NCBI GenBank assembly: GCA_902566955.1
Contig: CACFKX010000005.1
Span: 516 to 64,515 of the forward strand
Origin: an uncultured SAR86 cluster bacterium
GTDB taxonomy: Bacteria; Pseudomonadota; Gammaproteobacteria; Magnimaribacterales; AG-339-G14
DNA length: 64,000 nucleotides
Reading direction: 5' to 3'
Shown here: positions 62,652 to 64,000 of the stretch, piece by piece
How the letters are laid out: the number at the start of each line of letters is the position of its first letter
Numbering within the stretch: the first letter of the stretch is position 1
Notes under the pieces: model-generated
Databases searched by the model: none
What the model saw: the letters and a program-made list of their open reading frames with translations, nothing else
What the model was told of the DNA's origin: nothing
Translations under genes and position numbers: made by a program

Positions 62652-63363
62652 CTGCACTTAATTGGCCGCTGCTAGATTTCTTAGACATAACATCAACAAT
62701 GATACCAATGACCATATTCAACATGATTACGGCATTAAGAAGAATGAAACTAATAAAGTAAATCCATACCCAAGGAAAAACTTCAATTATATCTTTCATA
62801 ACTGCAGCCCAGTCGTCGTATGTAGCAACTTGTGCAAGGGTAAGCATAGCAAGACCAATATTACCCCAATGTTCTGGATCTGTTGTTCCAAAAACTAAAG
62901 TTCCTATAGCAGCCCATATATATATGAAAATGAACATTAGAAGAGCCACAAAACCAACTCTTGGAAGCGTTTCAAACAACGCATCGACAATTTTCTTCAA
63001 TGCAGGCACTACGGTGATAATTCTTAATACCCTGACAATTCTGAGTAATCTTGCAACGAATGCTGTCTCTCCTCCAGTGATTGGAATTAAACTGACCGTA
63101 ACGATGATGAAATCAAAGACGTTCCAACCACCTTTAAAGAATTTTATCAGTGATCTTTCTGCAACTATTCTGATAATAATCTCTACTAGGAAGAAAACTG
63201 TTATTGCGGTATCAAGAAAATTTAGCAATCCAACGTATTCTTCCGAAAGGTCGTAGGAACTGACTCCGGCATAAATAGCAGAGCCAATTATTACAAAAAT
63301 TACTATTCCATTAAAAAAGCGACTATTTCTGATTTTTAGAAAAAATTGGACTATTTGATTCAT
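62638..63363 (-). CDS. BacNav-family voltage-gated cation channel (6TM)
   Basis: S2 E...R, S3 WNVFDF, S4 RLLRIVRVLR, pore filter TYDDW, S6 LNMVIGIIV. Confidence 0.92.
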   Translation of the reverse strand: MNQIVQFFLKIRNSRFFNGIVIFVIIGSAIYAGVSSYDLSEEYVGLLNFLDTAITVFFLVEIIIRIVAERSLIKFFKGGWNVFDFIIVTVSLIPITGGETAFVARLLRIVRVLRIITVVPALKKIVDALFETLPRVGFVALLMFIFIYIWAAIGTLVFGTTDPEHWGNIGLAMLTLAQVATYDDWAAVMKDIIEVFPWVWIYFISFILLNAVIMLNMVIGIIVDVMSKKSSSGQLSADENQ

Positions 63364-63395
63364 TTGCGGATTATATACTCAAGTAAATTTTAAGG

Positions 63396-63998
63396 TTAGT
63401 TATTTAAGCAAAGATAAGAAAGATTGACACCTACATCGGTGTTACTTCTTGAGAAAATATCAATGCTGCTTCTATTATCAAAAGGTTTAATAAAAATATT
63501 CATAGATAAACAATTTATATAAAGTCTTGAAAAGGTTAAATCTGATGATTCGTTAATATCTTTTCTTGTTCCAAGTGGTCCGTTAGGTGCAAGGTAATTT
63601 TTAGTAGAGAAATCATAATTAGCAGCCATAACCCATGCATCCGGAAGAGGCATTCTGTAATTAAAACCAAAACCCCATTGTCTAAAGGATTCAAATTTTT
63701 GGTTAGCCTCATATTTATCAGAGAAAATATTCATAGTCCAACTAGAGTTATTATTTGGCAAATTAAAAGTGTTATTGACAAAAGTTCCGTATCTGTAACC
63801 GCTTTTCGCATCTAACCCTATAAAATTCCTTTTATCTACGTTAAAGCCGTATTCAAAAACCAAACCATTTGTTAAGGATCCAGAATGACTTACACTGAAA
63901 GCATTAGATTCGAGCAGAGGCTCTCCGGATAAATAAACTTGAATTCTTGTGAAGCTTGGAGTGACCGTTGGATTCTTCAATATTCCAAATCTGCCCTC
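63396..63998 (-). CDS. Outer-membrane beta-barrel, possibly Slam/DUF560-like (5' partial)
   Basis: Frame open to the window end; alternating aromatic beta-strands; C-terminal R.D...NRSSIDIFS.....V...Y pattern. Confidence 0.5.
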   Translation of the reverse strand, partial: EGRFGILKNPTVTPSFTRIQVYLSGEPLLESNAFSVSHSGSLTNGLVFEYGFNVDKRNFIGLDAKSGYRYGTFVNNTFNLPNNNSSWTMNIFSDKYEANQKFESFRQWGFGFNYRMPLPDAWVMAANYDFSTKNYLAPNGPLGTRKDINESSDLTFSRLYINCLSMNIFIKPFDNRSSIDIFSRSNTDVGVNLSYLCLNN

Positions 63999-64000
63999 TT

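Noticed and set aside
208-63256. Many short antisense or alternative-frame ORFs in the track (e.g. 6185-6577, 13201-13563, 24215-24556, 57322-57636, 59888-60118)
   Set aside because: They are shadows of well-supported genes, with no motifs or RBS
39760-64000. Prophage, integron or other mobile element at dif
   Set aside because: No integrase, transposase, phage gene, attC-like repeat or flanking direct repeat was recognised
1-64000. CRISPR array, tRNA/rRNA genes, riboswitch
   Set aside because: Intergenic gaps are mostly under 130 bp and AT-rich; no repeat-spacer pattern or structured-RNA signature was seen by eye

Overview
AT-rich, very tightly packed bacterial chromosome segment. Gene content and order point to a streamlined marine gammaproteobacterium (SAR86-like is an inference, not a computed assignment). 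About 1-39.8 kb is conserved core: a lipid-catabolic MFS/SDR/ALDH trio, lolE-lolD, a natural msbA-lpxK fusion, kdsB, murB, ETF/ETF-QO, nfuA, sbcB, csiV-mfd, a heteromeric acyl-CoA dehydrogenase pair, long-type GAPDH, nqrABCDEF-apbE-nqrM, aceA, purB-mnmA, icd-clpS-clpA and infA. About 39.8-64 kb is accessory-like and surrounds a 28-bp XerCD dif site (46909-46936, probable replication terminus). It holds a TetR-controlled cluster with two haloalkane dehalogenases, two GSTs, two nitronate monooxygenase-like flavoenzymes, a MAPEG protein and a sulfatase. It also holds an ATP-grasp/alpha-E/Anbu module with no transglutaminase nearby, four paralogous secreted two-repeat His/Cys proteins that I cannot assign to a family, a ceramidase-like protein, and a BacNav-type voltage-gated channel whose filter (TYDDWA) resembles Ca2+-selective and CatSper filters. 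No rRNA, tRNA, CRISPR array or transposase was recognised. All calls come from reading motifs by eye; no database searches were run.
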